From Octopus sinensis (taxonomy: Eukaryota), in NCBI RefSeq assembly GCF_006345805.1, contig NC_043010.1, positions 59,520,001 through 59,584,000 of the forward strand: a DNA stretch of 64,000 bases, written 5' to 3'. Under the pieces are notes generated by a model that worked only from the letters and a program-made list of their open reading frames with translations, had not been told where the DNA came from and did no database searches. Shown here piece after piece: positions 24,886 through 38,604 of the stretch (positions within the stretch are counted from its first letter, which is position 1; each line of letters opens with the position of its first letter). The position numbers were made by a program, and so were the translations under genes.

Positions 24886-26552
24886 GTAAGCCTTATTTGG
24901 ATTGAGTGTTTGTTAGTAGTTAATGTTCAATTAAGAAGTATTTGAATAGAAGACATCGACAGTGAACTGAAGTTTGCCAAAAAGCATGAAAATATGTATT
25001 AATCTTCTATTTCGGTATTCTCTTAAATCTCCTCTGGATAACAACTTCATTTATACTTTTAGTGTAATCTTTATATTTTCATAAATATAGTTTTAGATAT
25101 TATTTCCATAATTATTATCCAACAATGTCTGTATAACATTATCAATTGTGTATTTCATCTGTTTTGTTTGGTTTTGAAGTATTCAGTGTTCTTCAACGTA
25201 TGTCTTAAAGAAACTTTCCATGGATGAAATCCTGTGACTTGTAACTCTTCAAACAAAACACATATATTAAGTTTGTGACATCAATTATGTTTATAGTATT
25301 AGAGCTGCTTCTAATTCAGAATTTAGTTTCAGTTTATTTTGTACTCTTTTAGAATTATGAGTTAAGAGTAGAAATTGTTATTTCTGGTATGTTATGTTGC
25401 TCATCTACACCAGTCTGCGATATTTTATTATTGTTTGACTGTAACGACATTCAATATTTAAATAAATCATTACACTGGCATATAAATATACAAGTTTTTT
25501 TTTTCTGTTGCATAAGGGTTTGGTCCAGATGTAGGGCCTGTGTCCTTGACCCTCACAATTGAGGTTAATGTAGCTTATTCTCTTGAATAATTAATTACTA
25601 GTATAAAACAGCTGGAGAAGTATGGGAATAGAGTGAATTTCAGTGGGGAAGATGTTCTGAGGCAGAAAGATTAAGTGGTTGTTGTAGGGTACAGAAAGGC
25701 TGGCAATACGATTGACTAGAGGAGAAGAGATGAGTAAGCTGAGTCGCCCAGGGTGGGACCTCTGAGAGTCGAGGCTTCTGTAAGTGAAGGTAGAAAAGCA
25801 GAGTCAAAGTGATATGGTCCATCAATATATGGAGATGCAACATAACTGGAAGAATGAACATATAGATTGTGGCTATCCTGTCCTTTTTCTAAAAATAATG
25901 GATCTAAGACCACTACTTCTTGTAAGGAAACAAAGAATATTTTGTGAGTGTTTTAGGTTGAATAGAAGCTTCTTGAGTTGTGTTTGTGTGAAGTTTTTAT
26001 CAAAATCCTCGAATCTAATGATCTCACATGCCTTGACCTATAAAGCTGAAATGTTATCACTGCTACTTCACACACAAACATCCTTGATTTTTAATTAATG
26101 TTAAATAGTTAATATTTCATGAGGTATCCTCCTTTCTTGGCAATAATTTATCATTATGGCACTTATTTCTTCTCGTCAATAGATGTGTAGTTATAATTAT
26201 CTAAAATCTCTGAGCTACCTTCTGCATCTTAGTGTTGACTTGAAAAATTTTCAAACAATGTTTCTTTTAGTGATCAGTGAAGACTCACTAAGCAATGCAC
26301 TAACCTCTGCGTCTGAGATGTTCCTTCTCATTTCTTCTTCTCTTACCACTGCCATGGACTCTTTCTATGAATAGCTTGCTGAAAATGAAAACTCATTCCA
26401 GTCTCAAAACTTTTACTGTGGTCTCCTCTCCCATATCTCACACTAACCTTTTTCCCTAACCTTTACACCCCAAAACAGTAAGCATCCAGAATTCCCAAAT
26501 GTTTTTCTTGGACAAATCAAGTCATTGTTGTTTTTGTTTTCTTTAACAGCAG

Positions 26553-26703
26553 AAATACAGTCAACCCATTGAGGTGACATCTTATGGAGACAACAGACCA
26601 TCTTCTCACTATCCCACTGACACACTGGCCAGTCGTAAGAGCAGTGGACAGTGCTGGAGTGAGCGGTCAAGCAGACAGTATGAAGAAATACCAGCAATGT
26701 CAG
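26553..26703 (+). CDS. PCDH: P4 exon 3
   Basis: tttaacagcag acceptor (alt 26550), 151 nt. Confidence 0.9.
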
Positions 26704-27042
26704 GTAAAACAATTTCATTTATCCATCTTAATTGGTGTGTTTATCATTTATCCCATTGATATATCCGGGAGTGAAGTCTAAACAAACACTAGGATTTTGA
26801 GGACTTCCAAAATGTTATTTCTAATAGTTTTATCACTATGAATTAAATTTATAGATTAAAAGTGTAAATCTCTTTTTATTTATTAGTTAATTGTCACGTA
26901 ATATGCTCAACATTGTATAGGTCTAATCGTATAGTGAGGTATTAATCCCTTTATAATAGTTATTTTGTAGAGCATTTAATATGAAAGAAGGAAAAGTTGA
27001 CTAAAGTCAATCGTTGAATACCCATTGATATATATGTTTCAG

Positions 27043-27164
27043 GAATCTATGGTGGTGCCCCACCCGATGTATCAAGCACCAGTGAGAGAGACCATTATCA
27101 AGACAGATATGTGAAACCTCCAGAGAGACAGTTACCTTCAACACCAGATGTTGTTGTCAGTTAA
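27043..27164 (+). CDS. PCDH: P4 terminal exon 4
   Basis: gtttcag acceptor, 122 nt to TAA. Confidence 0.9.
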
Positions 27165-27587
27165 GTGAGACTGAGAAAGGAACACAACAGAAATAATATC
27201 ACCTTCAACATTCACACAACATTTAAAACAACAGAAATATTTTAGTTAGTAAATAATATTGGCAACATATGACTGAATATCTTTGTATGTGTTTCAGACA
27301 AAGTATTTGAAATGTGTACATCTGGGGCAGGTTTCTGCAGATAAAAACTGATATAACATCAATTGTTCTGATTAATCAATTCACAACACTCTATTGTTAG
27401 GTAAACGAAAGGAGGTAAATGCAATATTGGAAGAAATCACTGATATATATTCCTCCCAGTGAAGTAAAGTTTGACATTAAAAAATGTTTTCAAGCAATAA
27501 ATATCAACAACTTTATGATGTAAAATGCCTCCATTACATTTTAAATATAAATATAGTTTACATGGCAGCCTTAAATTTGCTAAAAAG

Positions 27588-28116
27588 GAGATTTAGTTTA
27601 GAATTAGGTCAGACACACACACACTAACTGTTATTGTCAATATTGTATTTACATTTTAAATTACACACACATTAACAACATCAGCCATATTTTGTTAATA
27701 TAACCTCTCTGTTCTAAGGATTTCTATGTCAGTCTCTCTCCACATCAGGCATGTTGGTGTTATATAGACTTATCATGGCTGACTGTTAGTGGAGCTGATA
27801 GTTTGTTGTCCCTCTCTTTTCATTGTGAGGGAAAACACATCAAGTGTGAGTGAGGCTGGAGTGAGCATCACCCATCTCTCTTCCTCTCTCTGTCTCTCAC
27901 TCACACCCATGCACACACTCACTAAACACCGCACATCCACAGAGGAAGACTTGAGAGGGAACTGCTGGTTCCCACTGACTCACCACCAACACTATTCCAT
28001 CAACATGAAGCCATTGTCACACCATAGCAGCAGTGACACAGACAACCATTAACAACAGAACATTGGGACCAAGTCACAGTTTATACAACAAAGGATTTTA
28101 CACAATGAAGGTAAGT
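27588..28116 (+). promoter_or_regulatory. Promoter core plus leader exon 1 of P5
   Basis: Conserved block; ATG AAG 28105-28110, GTAAGT at 28111. Confidence 0.7.
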
Positions 28117-28706
28117 TTATTGTTCAATATTATTTATTCAAATTACGTGAAATAATGATTTCATATGTAGCCTTCTTGTAATATGAAAATATAATATTCT
28201 GATGGTGGCCATATTAGATCTGTGTCAGTTCATATTGAATGTCTTCTTTTCAGACATGGCTGTTGAATATTTTGATAACAGCTCTAGGAAAAGAAAAACT
28301 GTTTAGGAATATAATGTCCATTATTTCAATATACTATATTTTTAATGTTCCCAGGTTTTCATGTACTTGTTTCCTTATTCTTATCTAGTTTCTTCTAAAT
28401 GATTGTGTACTGATAAATTGATACAGACGCTTTATAGGAATTTCTCTGAAATATCTCGGTGGCAGACTATTTCCATATGTATGAAATTATAGTAATAATA
28501 TAATAAAATATATTATAAAACTAACATTTGACTGTGTAGTAACAAGAAAGAAAAGTATGAATAAAAATTGATATGGATATTGTTGTATGTATTTTTATGT
28601 GTTTTATGATGTTTAAGTGTGTGTGTGTGTGTTTGTTTGTCTAAATACATTAATTGGTTAATTTCTGTATATCTCGTCTTGTATCATTATTACTTCTTTC
28701 ATTTAA

Positions 28707-28909
28707 GGCAGGGAACTGGCTGAATCATTAGCATGCCAGATGAAATGCTTAGTGGCATTTTGGCTGTCTTTACATTCTGAGTTCAATTTCCACCAAGGCC
28801 AACATTACCCTTCATCTTAATGGGGTCAGTTATACAAGTGCCACTTGAACACTGGGGTTGATGTAAATGACTAGCTCCCTATCCCCAAATTTCAGGCCCT
28901 GTGCCTACA
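28707..28909 (+). mobile_element. SINE, duplicated copy of 20460-20661
   Basis: Near-identical at an offset of ~8.25 kb. Confidence 0.75.
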
Positions 28910-30842
28910 ATAGTAAAGATTATTAGTCCTTCCATTTATAAATTTCAAATTCATCTACCTAGGATTCTTTCTAGGCTAATGAACCACACCTGATGTGTGA
29001 AACCTAAAAAATTATTGGTATGATATTCATCATAATCGGATATTTTAAAAAATGTCATCTCAAGCATGTCCTCTATCAATTTAGTGTAGAGTTGTTTTAC
29101 AAAATTTTTAAAAAATAGTCACTTGTAATTTTTTGTGAAGTTATATTATACACTAATTACTTATAGAACCATATTTGTTGATCTGACATCGTTTAAAAGA
29201 TATTAGTATACAACACATAATGTTACATCCATGAAAAAGCATTGTCAGACAGAGGCATCAATGTCATGTAGCATTGGGGCATGGAACAGGTAAAGGTTAA
29301 GACAGGAATATGTCACATCAATAAATATAGTTTTACCAAGCTTTAGTGTAGAATGTAACTTCCAAAAAAATTACAAGTGGTTGGTGTTAGAAAGGGCATC
29401 CATCTGTAAAAATCCTGCCTAAACAGTCACAGAAGTCTGGTGCAGGCTCTTGTGGTACCATCCCACCCGTGCTAGCATGGAAGATGGACGTTATAAACGA
29501 TGATGAGGATGATGATATCATCCTTGCCATTACTATGTTATTGCAATATAACTGGAACTGAATGATAGATATTGTAATATAAAAAGGCCATATTGATTGA
29601 TTATGATTCAATTTGATGGTTGAAAAGTGAATATTTGTTTGGTTTCCATAACTTCATTTCACTAAATGACTTTTCTAAATTTGTCATTTAAATAGCTTCT
29701 AGTTTATATCTTCTCTTTTCTGGAATATCTGCTTCTTAATATTATCATAGTGTTTTGTGAATGATGACCAGATGTCCATCTTTGGTGCCATTATAATCGT
29801 CAGACAAATTGTATGTGGTTTGAATTTATATTTTGTTTTTCATCTCTTCTGTTCTAGCAGAATTGTTGTAACCACATATTCCTGCCTTAAACTTTACCCT
29901 TTCCATGTCTGACAGTGGTTTCCTGAATACTACATTATTTGTAGTATACTAATATTTTTTAAACAATGTCACATCAACAAATATAGTTTTATCAGTAATT
30001 AATGTATAATTTAACAACAAAATAACATTGAATTTATTGCACACATGCACAAATACACTCTTGCCCACTTATGTATTCTACTGTGTTCTTGTGAATTACG
30101 TCGAGTTATTTGCAGAACGGCGTTACCGATAATTATTTTACATATATTTACATTTTCATTCGGGGACCAAAGAAATAAGAGAAACTCAATGCAAAATAAT
30201 TTCGTTTGCTGGTGGTAATCCTGTTCAAGGGAGCGAACTCAATTTAGGCTGTATAACTGAAGGAAACATTATTTTCCTATTAGGCTATAAACAAAACGTT
30301 TAATTATTTTGTCATATTTTATAATTTTTCGTGAAGTCTGTAATGTCTATGTTCAAGTGTCAGCACCTTGTATAATTTTTTTTTAATCAGTTAATTATTT
30401 TGAGAGTATGGGAATATGGTGGTTATTATCTTTATGAAGTTTGGCAAATTGGAGCAGTTTTATAATGAATGTAACTTTGAACAATATTCTATAAGATTAA
30501 TTACAAATTAATTATTAGAATAAGAAACTGGGCTGTTTAAGTAGTCACAAGTTATATGCCTTATGAGAAGAACCTGTTAAATCATATGAATTAATTGTCC
30601 AAAATATTGCCTTCTCATTATTATTGCAAAGACAATTCCAGATAAGTAAAGATCTTCAACTTGCCGTAAAATATATGGCAGACAATATATTTAGTGAGCA
30701 GTAAGTTCCCCCTGGGATACTTTACTTCAGTCCTACTTTTGGTGTATTCTTATAAGAAGGAGATTATTTATTCATTACTAAAATAGTCTTTCACAAATTT
30801 TTTTTATTTCTTCCCACTACAAGCTATCTATTTATTTTACAG

Positions 30843-33245
30843 ATTAATAATGTGAATCTACCAAATTCCTGGACATCACGACCAGAGATGCTGTTGTGTC
30901 TCTGTATTTTATTGACATTTTCTCATTGTTATTCAAGTGAAGATATCACTTACCACGTTGAAGAAGAGAATAGTCCCTATACCTATATAGGGGACATTGC
31001 TACTGACTTACAGAAAGCAGACAGCTCCTTCTTAAAGAATAAGGATTTGATTACATTTAGTCAACTGCAACAAAAGGGAGAACAGTTGTTCAATGTGACG
31101 AGAACAGGTAAACTGTACACTGTTGAGACATTGGATGCTGAGTCTGTGTGTAGTTATGAGAAAGAATGTTTTGAAATCGTTAAAGTTGCTGTTCACAAAT
31201 CCAAGACATTTATGAAGATCTTAAAGATTAAAGTCATAATAGAAGACATCAATGACCACCAGCCTGAATTTCCAACTGAAGAAGTCAATATTCAATTTTC
31301 TGAAACAGATGGCAAAGGCACGAAGAGATCAATACAAAATGCTGTTGATAAAGATATGGGTTATAAAAATAGTTTAATTAAGTATGAATTAAAAAAGGAA
31401 AATCAGTATTTCTCTTTACTAGTTGCAAAACATACTAATGGAATATCAAGATTGGGAATTATTTTAGAAGATAAATTAGACAGAGAAACAAAAGACAGCT
31501 ACAATATTGAAGTCATTGCTAAAGATGGGGGAACTCCACCAAAACAATCTATTTTAAATGTTAAAATATCTGTGGAAGATGAAAATGATAACACACCTCT
31601 CTTTTCGCAAACTATCTACAATGTCTCTATAGAACATAAACATAAAAAGAATATTCCAGTAGTCACATTATCTGCCAGTGATTTAGATATTGGCAGGAAT
31701 GGTAAAATATCATATTACTTTGCCAGGAAAACTGCTGAGAAAATGAAGAGACATTTTAATTTAGATGAAAATACTGGGAAATTATATTTAGCTACATCTT
31801 CAGAAATTGATAAGGATGAGTCTTTAAAATTATACATTGAAGCCAGTGATGATGGCAGTCCTCCGCTGAGCTCTGTAGCAATAATTCAGATAAATGTCAT
31901 CAATGAACACAACAATCCCCCAAATATTGATGTGAATTTTATTTCTACACAGAATCACAACACAGCCACCATTCTGGAAGACATCAAAGTTGGTAGTTTC
32001 ATTGCTTATGTGATGGTCACTGATGATGATGTTGGACACAATGGAGAGGTGAACTGTCATATCAAAGACGACACATTCAAACTACAGTCAATGGGATCGA
32101 AGGAATATAAAATAGTTCTAAAGAAAGCAGTAGACAGAGAGACACAGGAACATTATCACTTTACTGTGTCGTGTGAAGATAAAGGATTACCTGCTCTGAA
32201 AACTGATAAAGATCTGTCAATCCAAGTGTTGGATGTGAATGATGTAGAACCACACTTTACGAAAGACACATTCAAGTTCCTTACCTATGAGAATGACAAA
32301 GCTAATTTCCCTATTGGCTTTATCAATGCTACAGACCCAGATATTGGTAAGGGAGGTGAATTGTCTTATTCTCTGAGAAATAAACAGCAATATCGTCTGC
32401 CATTCCAGATTATCAACTCTGGCTTTATTTCAACAAACCAGTCTTTAGACAGAGAACACAGAGATTTCTATGAGTTTGAGGTTTTTGTGAAAGACAATGG
32501 AAGCCCATCTCTGAATAACACAGTGAATGTTGAAGTGGAAGTATTGGATAGAAATGATAATGCTCCATATTTTACATTTCCTAGTGTTGACCCTTTCACT
32601 CTTAATGTCCACTATCATCCGCAAAGTAAGAACGACATCACAGTTCTGAAAGCATCTGATATAGACAGTCACATGAATGCTTTTCTCAGGTATGAAATCG
32701 TTTCAGGTAACGAGAGACAGTTATTTAAACTGGATTCGTTCACTGGTGTGTTATCTTACTCTCGCACAGTTTACCAAAATGATGCCGGATCATATGAGCT
32801 TGAGTTTGTTGTGAAAGACAGTGGTACTCCAGTTCTGTCAGCAACAACTAGTGTGTCTTTGACACTGACTGTTAGTAACAAGACGTCACCAATGTTCACA
32901 GCTGTGCACCTACCAAGTGATAACACAATAGATGCGACATTGTTGATTATCATTGTAGTAGCAGCTGTGATAGTATCTATAGCTATTGTGGTTTCTATAA
33001 CCCTGTGTATTGTGAGATGTAACAATGTGAGAAATAGCTCATCTGAAAGAACAGCAGAAGAGAAACAGGCATACCAATGTCGCAATGAGATGAGACAGTT
33101 GATCTATCAAGGTAACAACAGTGTACCTGTGATGTCAGGTAATCGAGGAGAGATGTCAGACAGATATGGTCATTCGAGAAGCCATTACTATCCTGAAGAC
33201 TGGAAGACGTCAACAATGAGTCGGACACTTCAGAAGTCTACAAAG
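30843..33245 (+). CDS. PCDH: Protocadherin P5 large exon, intact
   Basis: 817-aa ORF 30852-33305; acceptor 30842; ATG 30888; donor 33245/33246. Confidence 0.97.
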
Positions 33246-34914
33246 GTAAGCTTTATTTGGATTGAGTGTTTGTTAGTAGTTAATGTTCAATTAAGAACTA
33301 TATAAATAAAAGACACCGACAGTGAACTGAAGTTTGCCAAAAAGCATGAAAATATGTATTAATCTTCTATTTCGGTATTCTCTTGAATCTCCTCTGGATA
33401 ACAACTTCATTTATACTTTTAGTGTAATCTTTATATTTTCATAAATATAGTTTTAGATATTATTTCCATAATTATTATCCAACAATGTCTGTATAACATT
33501 ATCAATTGTGTATTTCATCTGTTTTGTTTGGTTTTGAAGTATTCAGTGTTCTTCAACGTATGTCTTAAAGAAACTTTCCATGGATGAAATCCTGTGACTT
33601 GTAACTCTTCAAACAAAACACATTTATTAAGTTTGTGACATCAATTATGTTTATAGTATTAGAGCTGCTTCTAATTCAGAATTTAGTTTTAGTTTATTTT
33701 GTACTCTTTTAGAATTATGTGTTTAGTGTAGAAATTGTTATTTCTGGTATGTTATGTTGCTCATCTACACCAAATGTCTGTGATATTTTATTATTATTTG
33801 ACTGTAACGACATTCAATATTTATATAAATCATTACACTGGCATATAAATATACAAGTTTTTTTTTCTGTTGCATAAGGGTTTTTACCAGATGTAGGGAC
33901 TTACTCCTTGACCATCACAATTGAGGTTAATGTAGCTTATTCTCTTGAATAATTAATTACTAGTATAAAACAGCTGGAGAAGTATGGGAATAGAGTGAAT
34001 TTCAGTGGGGAAGATGTTCTGAGGCAGAAAGATTAAGTGGTTGTTGTAGGGTACAGAAAGGCTGGCAATACGATTGACTAGAGGAGAAGAGATGAGTAAG
34101 CTGAGTCGCCCAGGGTGGGACCTCTGAGAGTCGAGGCTTCTGTAAGTGAAGGTAGAAAAGCAGAGTCAAAGTGATATGGTTCATCAATATATGGAGATGC
34201 AACGTAACTGGAAACGTGAATTTATAGATTGTGGCTATCCTGTCCTTTTTCTAAAAATAATGGATCTAAGACCACTACTTCTTGTAAGGAAACAAAGAAT
34301 ATTTTGTGAGTGTTTTAGGTTGAATAGAAGCTTCTTGAGTTGTGTTTGTGTGAAGTTTTTATCAAAATCCTCGAATCTAATGATCTCACATGCCTTGACC
34401 TATAAAGCTGAAATGTTATCACTGCTACTTCACACACAAACATCCTTGATTTTTAATTAATGTTAAATAGTTAATATTTCATGAGGTATCCTCCTTTCTT
34501 GGCAATAATTTATCATTATGGCACTTATTTCTTCTCGTCAATAGATGTGTAGTTATAATTATCTAAAATCTCTGAGCTACCTTCTGCATCTTAGTGTTGA
34601 CTTGAAAAATTTTCAAACAATGTTTCTTTTAGTGATCAGTGAAGACTCACTAAGCAATGCACTAACCTCTGCGTCTGAGATGTTCCTTCTCATTTCTTCT
34701 TCTCTTACCACTGCCATGGACTCTTTCTATGAATAGCTTGCTGAAAATGAAAACTCATTCCAGTCTCAAAACTTTTACTGTGGTCTCCTCTCCCATATCT
34801 CACACTAACCTTTTTCCCTAACCTTTACACCCCAAAACAGTAAGCATCCAGAATTCCCAAATGTTTTTCTTGGACAAATCAAGTCATTGTTGTTTTTGTT
34901 TTCTTTAACAGCAG

Positions 34915-35065
34915 AAATACAGTCAACCCATTGAGGTGACATCTTATGGAGACAACAGACCATCTTCTCACTATCCCACTGACACACTGGCCAGTCGTAA
35001 GAGCAGTGGACAGTGCTGGAGTGAGCGGTCAAGCAGACAGTATGAAGAAATACCAGCAATGTCAG
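34915..35065 (+). CDS. PCDH: P5 exon 3
   Basis: aacagcag acceptor (alt 34912), 151 nt. Confidence 0.9.
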
Positions 35066-35404
35066 GTAAAACATTCACATTTACCTATGTTATTTGGTGT
35101 GTTTATCATTTATCCCATTGATATGTCTGGGAGTGAAGTCTAAACAAACACTAGGATTTTGAGGACTTCCAAAATGTTATTTCTAATAGTTTTATCACTA
35201 TGAATTAAATTTATAAATTAAAAGTGTAAATCTCTTTTTATTTATTAGTTAATTGTCACGTAATATGCTCAAGATTGTATAGGTCTAATCGTATAGTGAG
35301 GTATTAATCTCTTTATAATAGTTATTTTGTAGAGCACTTAATATAAAAGAAGGAACTGTTGACTAAAGTCAATCGTTGAATACCCATTGATATATATGTT
35401 TCAG

Positions 35405-35526
35405 GAATCTATGGTGGTGCCCCACCCGATGTATCAAGCAGCAGTGAGAGAGACCATTACCAAGACAGATATGTGAAACCTCCAGAGAGACAGTTACCTT
35501 CAACACCAGATGTTGTTGTCAGTTAA
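35405..35526 (+). CDS. PCDH: P5 terminal exon 4
   Basis: tttcag acceptor, 122 nt to TAA. Confidence 0.9.
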
Positions 35527-35910
35527 GTGAGACTGAGAAAGGAACACAACAGAAATAATATCACCTTCAACATTCACACTACATTTAAAAGCAACAGAAA
35601 TATATTAGTTAGTTAATAATATTGCCAACATATGACTGAATATCTTTGTATGTTTCAGACAATAATTTTACAGCTTAGGTAAGAGGAATACATTTATAGC
35701 TCTGTTAGGTAAACTAAAGATAAAGGAATGACTAAGAAAATATAGATTGACATTTTTACTCGTGAAATACAATTTAAAATTGAAAATATTTTAAGCAACA
35801 AATATAAGACAATTGTATAACATATATTTGAGTAGTAAAATGATGATATTACATTTTAAAAATAATACTTTATTTCACAGTTTTGATTTCTCCATTTTAC
35901 ATTCTAAATG

Positions 35911-36491
35911 GGAGAATTAATTTAGAACTAGGTCAGACAGACACTAACTGTTATTGTCAATATTGTATTTACATTTTAAATTACACACACATTAACAACA
36001 TCAGCCATATTTTGTTAATATAACCTCTCTGTTCTAAGGATTTCTATGTCAGTCTCTCTCCACATCAGACATGTTGGTGTTATATAGACTTATCATGGCT
36101 GACTGTTAGTGGAGCTGATAGTTTGTTGTCCCTCTCTTTCCTTTCTTTGTGGAGGGGAAAGGCAACATTTAGTGAGGCTAGAGAAAGCATTACTTCTGAG
36201 GCAACATCTAAGTGAGGCTAGAGAAAGCATTACTGATGAGTGAGGCTAGAGTAAGCATCACTCATATACTCCTCTCTCTCATACACATACACACTCACTA
36301 AACACCACCCATCCACAAAGGAAGACTGAGAGGGAACTGCTGGTTCCTACTGACTCACCACCAACACTATTCCATCAACATGAAGCCATTGTCACACCAT
36401 AGCAGCAGTGACACAGACAACCATTAACAACAGAACATTGGGACCAAGTCACAGTTTATACAACAAAGGATTTTACACAATGAAGGTAAGT
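35911..36491 (+). promoter_or_regulatory. Promoter core plus leader exon 1 of P6
   Basis: Conserved block with an internal duplicated agtgaggctagagaaagcattact segment; ATG AAG 36480-36485, GTAAGT at 36486. Confidence 0.7.
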
Positions 36492-37399
36492 TTGTTATTC
36501 CATATTATTTATCCACTTGTGTGTAATAATGATTTCATATATAACCATATTATATTATCAAAATGTAACGTTCTAATGGTGGCCATATTAGATCTGTTTG
36601 TTCTCATTTAATGTCTTTATGAGTTGGTTATGGAAAAGATTGTGAAAAACAGAGAGTGAAGTGAGTGTGTTCAATCCTTGTCACTAGCATTCTGCTCAAA
36701 GCATATTCTCTTATCTTTTGTGTTTTCACACTGTTTATCTTGTCTGCCTTTTTTATTTCATTTTTACTTCATCTATCACTCAGACATTGTATGGCTTTAG
36801 AACATCCTACATGTATAGAAGGGACTGCCTCTGATATATATATATATATATATATTCATTGCAATTCATGTTCATATAAGAAATTTTAATTAAGAAAAAG
36901 AATATTAGTTAGAAACCATTATTACTTTTGTGATAGTATATTGTGTGTGTGTGTGTGTGTTTAGTCTTGGGTGGATGCAAATGTTCATTGCTTTGCGTGA
37001 GTTATTGATGAGTATAGTTTTGTATTCACTTCTTTTGTTCAGTCACTGAACAGTATTCATGATGTAATATTTCATATTGGTTGTCTATGAAATGTGTTTA
37101 ACAAATTCAATGTACAAGTATGGCCAATGTTGATCAGTAAATGATTGTTTTTAGTTTACATACTTAATATGTTTTCAGCAATAACCCAGAAGTGTTTCTA
37201 ACATTTTCTAGTATGTTCTTTGATCATTGTCATCATGTTTTTATTAACATTCACTTTTCCATGTTTGTATGGGTCAGAAAATGTTTATTGAGTCAGATTT
37301 TCTATGGACTAATGCCCTTCCTGTTGCCAAACCTCACCTATTTCCAAATAAGGTAATATTTACTGTTGGCCAGACATGTTTTAATAGATGATTGGAAAG

Positions 37400-37637
37400 A
37401 ACCTCACTGCTTGTATAACAGTGTCACTCTTTTACAACTGTCACGTAATACAAAGAGAGGGAGAGACACTTACACACACGATGGGTTTCTTTCATTCAGT
37501 TTCTGTCTACCAAATCCATTTGCAAGCATTTGGTCAGACTGCAGCTATAGTAGAAGACACTTGTCTAAGATGCCGTGCAGTGGGACTGAACCCAAACCCA
37601 TGTGATTGGGAAGCAAACTTCTTAATCACACAACCAA
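37400..37637 (-). mobile_element. tRNA-head SINE (tggttgtgtg...gggttcagtcccactgc...caagtgtcttctac)
   Basis: Reverse complement has A/B-box-like head followed by SINE body; degenerate + strand relative at ~57700-57960. Confidence 0.65.
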
Positions 37638-38503
37638 GCTTATACCTTGTTTTAATCAAAATTTGTTAATTTAGTAAATCCATTAGGAATACCTGGTATT
37701 AAAACTGCATGAAGAGTATTGATTTGGTAATTATTCCTTGTTATCTGTTCCAGTGTGAATCTTTATCTGTTGATTGTTTTTTTAATGATGGTAATGTACC
37801 ACTATATGAAAAATTATGGGATGGTCATGGTTGGAATGCTTTGATCATAATTTTGCTCAAGAAGTGCTGACATAGATTTACACAAAAATAATTTAGTCTA
37901 TCACAGATAACAAACATTCACCTGCAGATCGCTAAAAAGGTTGTCTCCAAATATTTGATGCATATTTCAGAATAATTAATTTCAGATACATTCATTAAGT
38001 ATTTATATTAGATTTTTTCTACATAATTTTATTTCATTTTCAGTTATAGGACGCAATTAATTGTAAATCTGTTGATTATTTAATTATTGTCAAATTTACA
38101 TTAGGTGGCTTTATTTAAAATTATTAGTTTGACGTTTAAACAGGTATATGCCATTCTCTCATACCTATCAAGTTTAAAGTAATCAGCTAAGTCTTACTCA
38201 CCTTACTAAACGAATGTTTTCTTTACTTCTGGTCTAATTTGTTGTAAGACTTTTTTCTTCAATAAACAGATGAGTCAAGTAATGGACAGTATTATGTTAT
38301 AGAATTCTTTTGTTCATAATTTCTTTAGAATTTAGTGCTATTGACAGGAATTATTTCTTGGAGTTGAGTTAAAGCGATTTGGCTTAGTATCTTAAACTGA
38401 TCAATAACTAACCACCAGGTAGCATATCATTACTATTTAATAATCTTAGAAACTTCATTGTCCGATTTCACGTGTATTTTTAAAAATTCATGAACATATA
38501 ATT

Positions 38504-38604
38504 ATTGCACTTTCTGAAACTGGTTAATACATTTTGATAATGCTTTGTATATATATATATATATATAGCATTATCACAAATGTATTAACCAGATTCTGAA
38601 AGTG

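Noticed and set aside
24886-24945. Hydrophobic C-termini predicted by the ORF track (VSLIWIECLL...) as true protein ends
   Set aside because: They begin exactly at a GT donor and diverge between copies, whereas in-phase conserved exons follow downstream. They are intron read-through.
25620-26500. Possible reverse-transcriptase relic on the minus strand (SEVPPWATQLTHLFSS resembling SGVPQGS.LGP.LFS); duplicated at ~33980-34850
   Set aside because: Too degraded to support by eye; needs a translated search against a repeat protein library.
26568-26590. EVTSYGD as a WAVE-complex WIRS motif; SGQCWS as a delta-Pcdh CM2 motif
   Set aside because: WIRS needs bulky-hydrophobic-x-S/T-F and here has V and Y. 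The CM2 resemblance is only the CW dipeptide. Both are too weak.
37550-37637. tRNA gene on the minus strand
   Set aside because: A/B-box-like head continues into a SINE body and I could not fold a complete cloverleaf. Treated as a tRNA-derived SINE.
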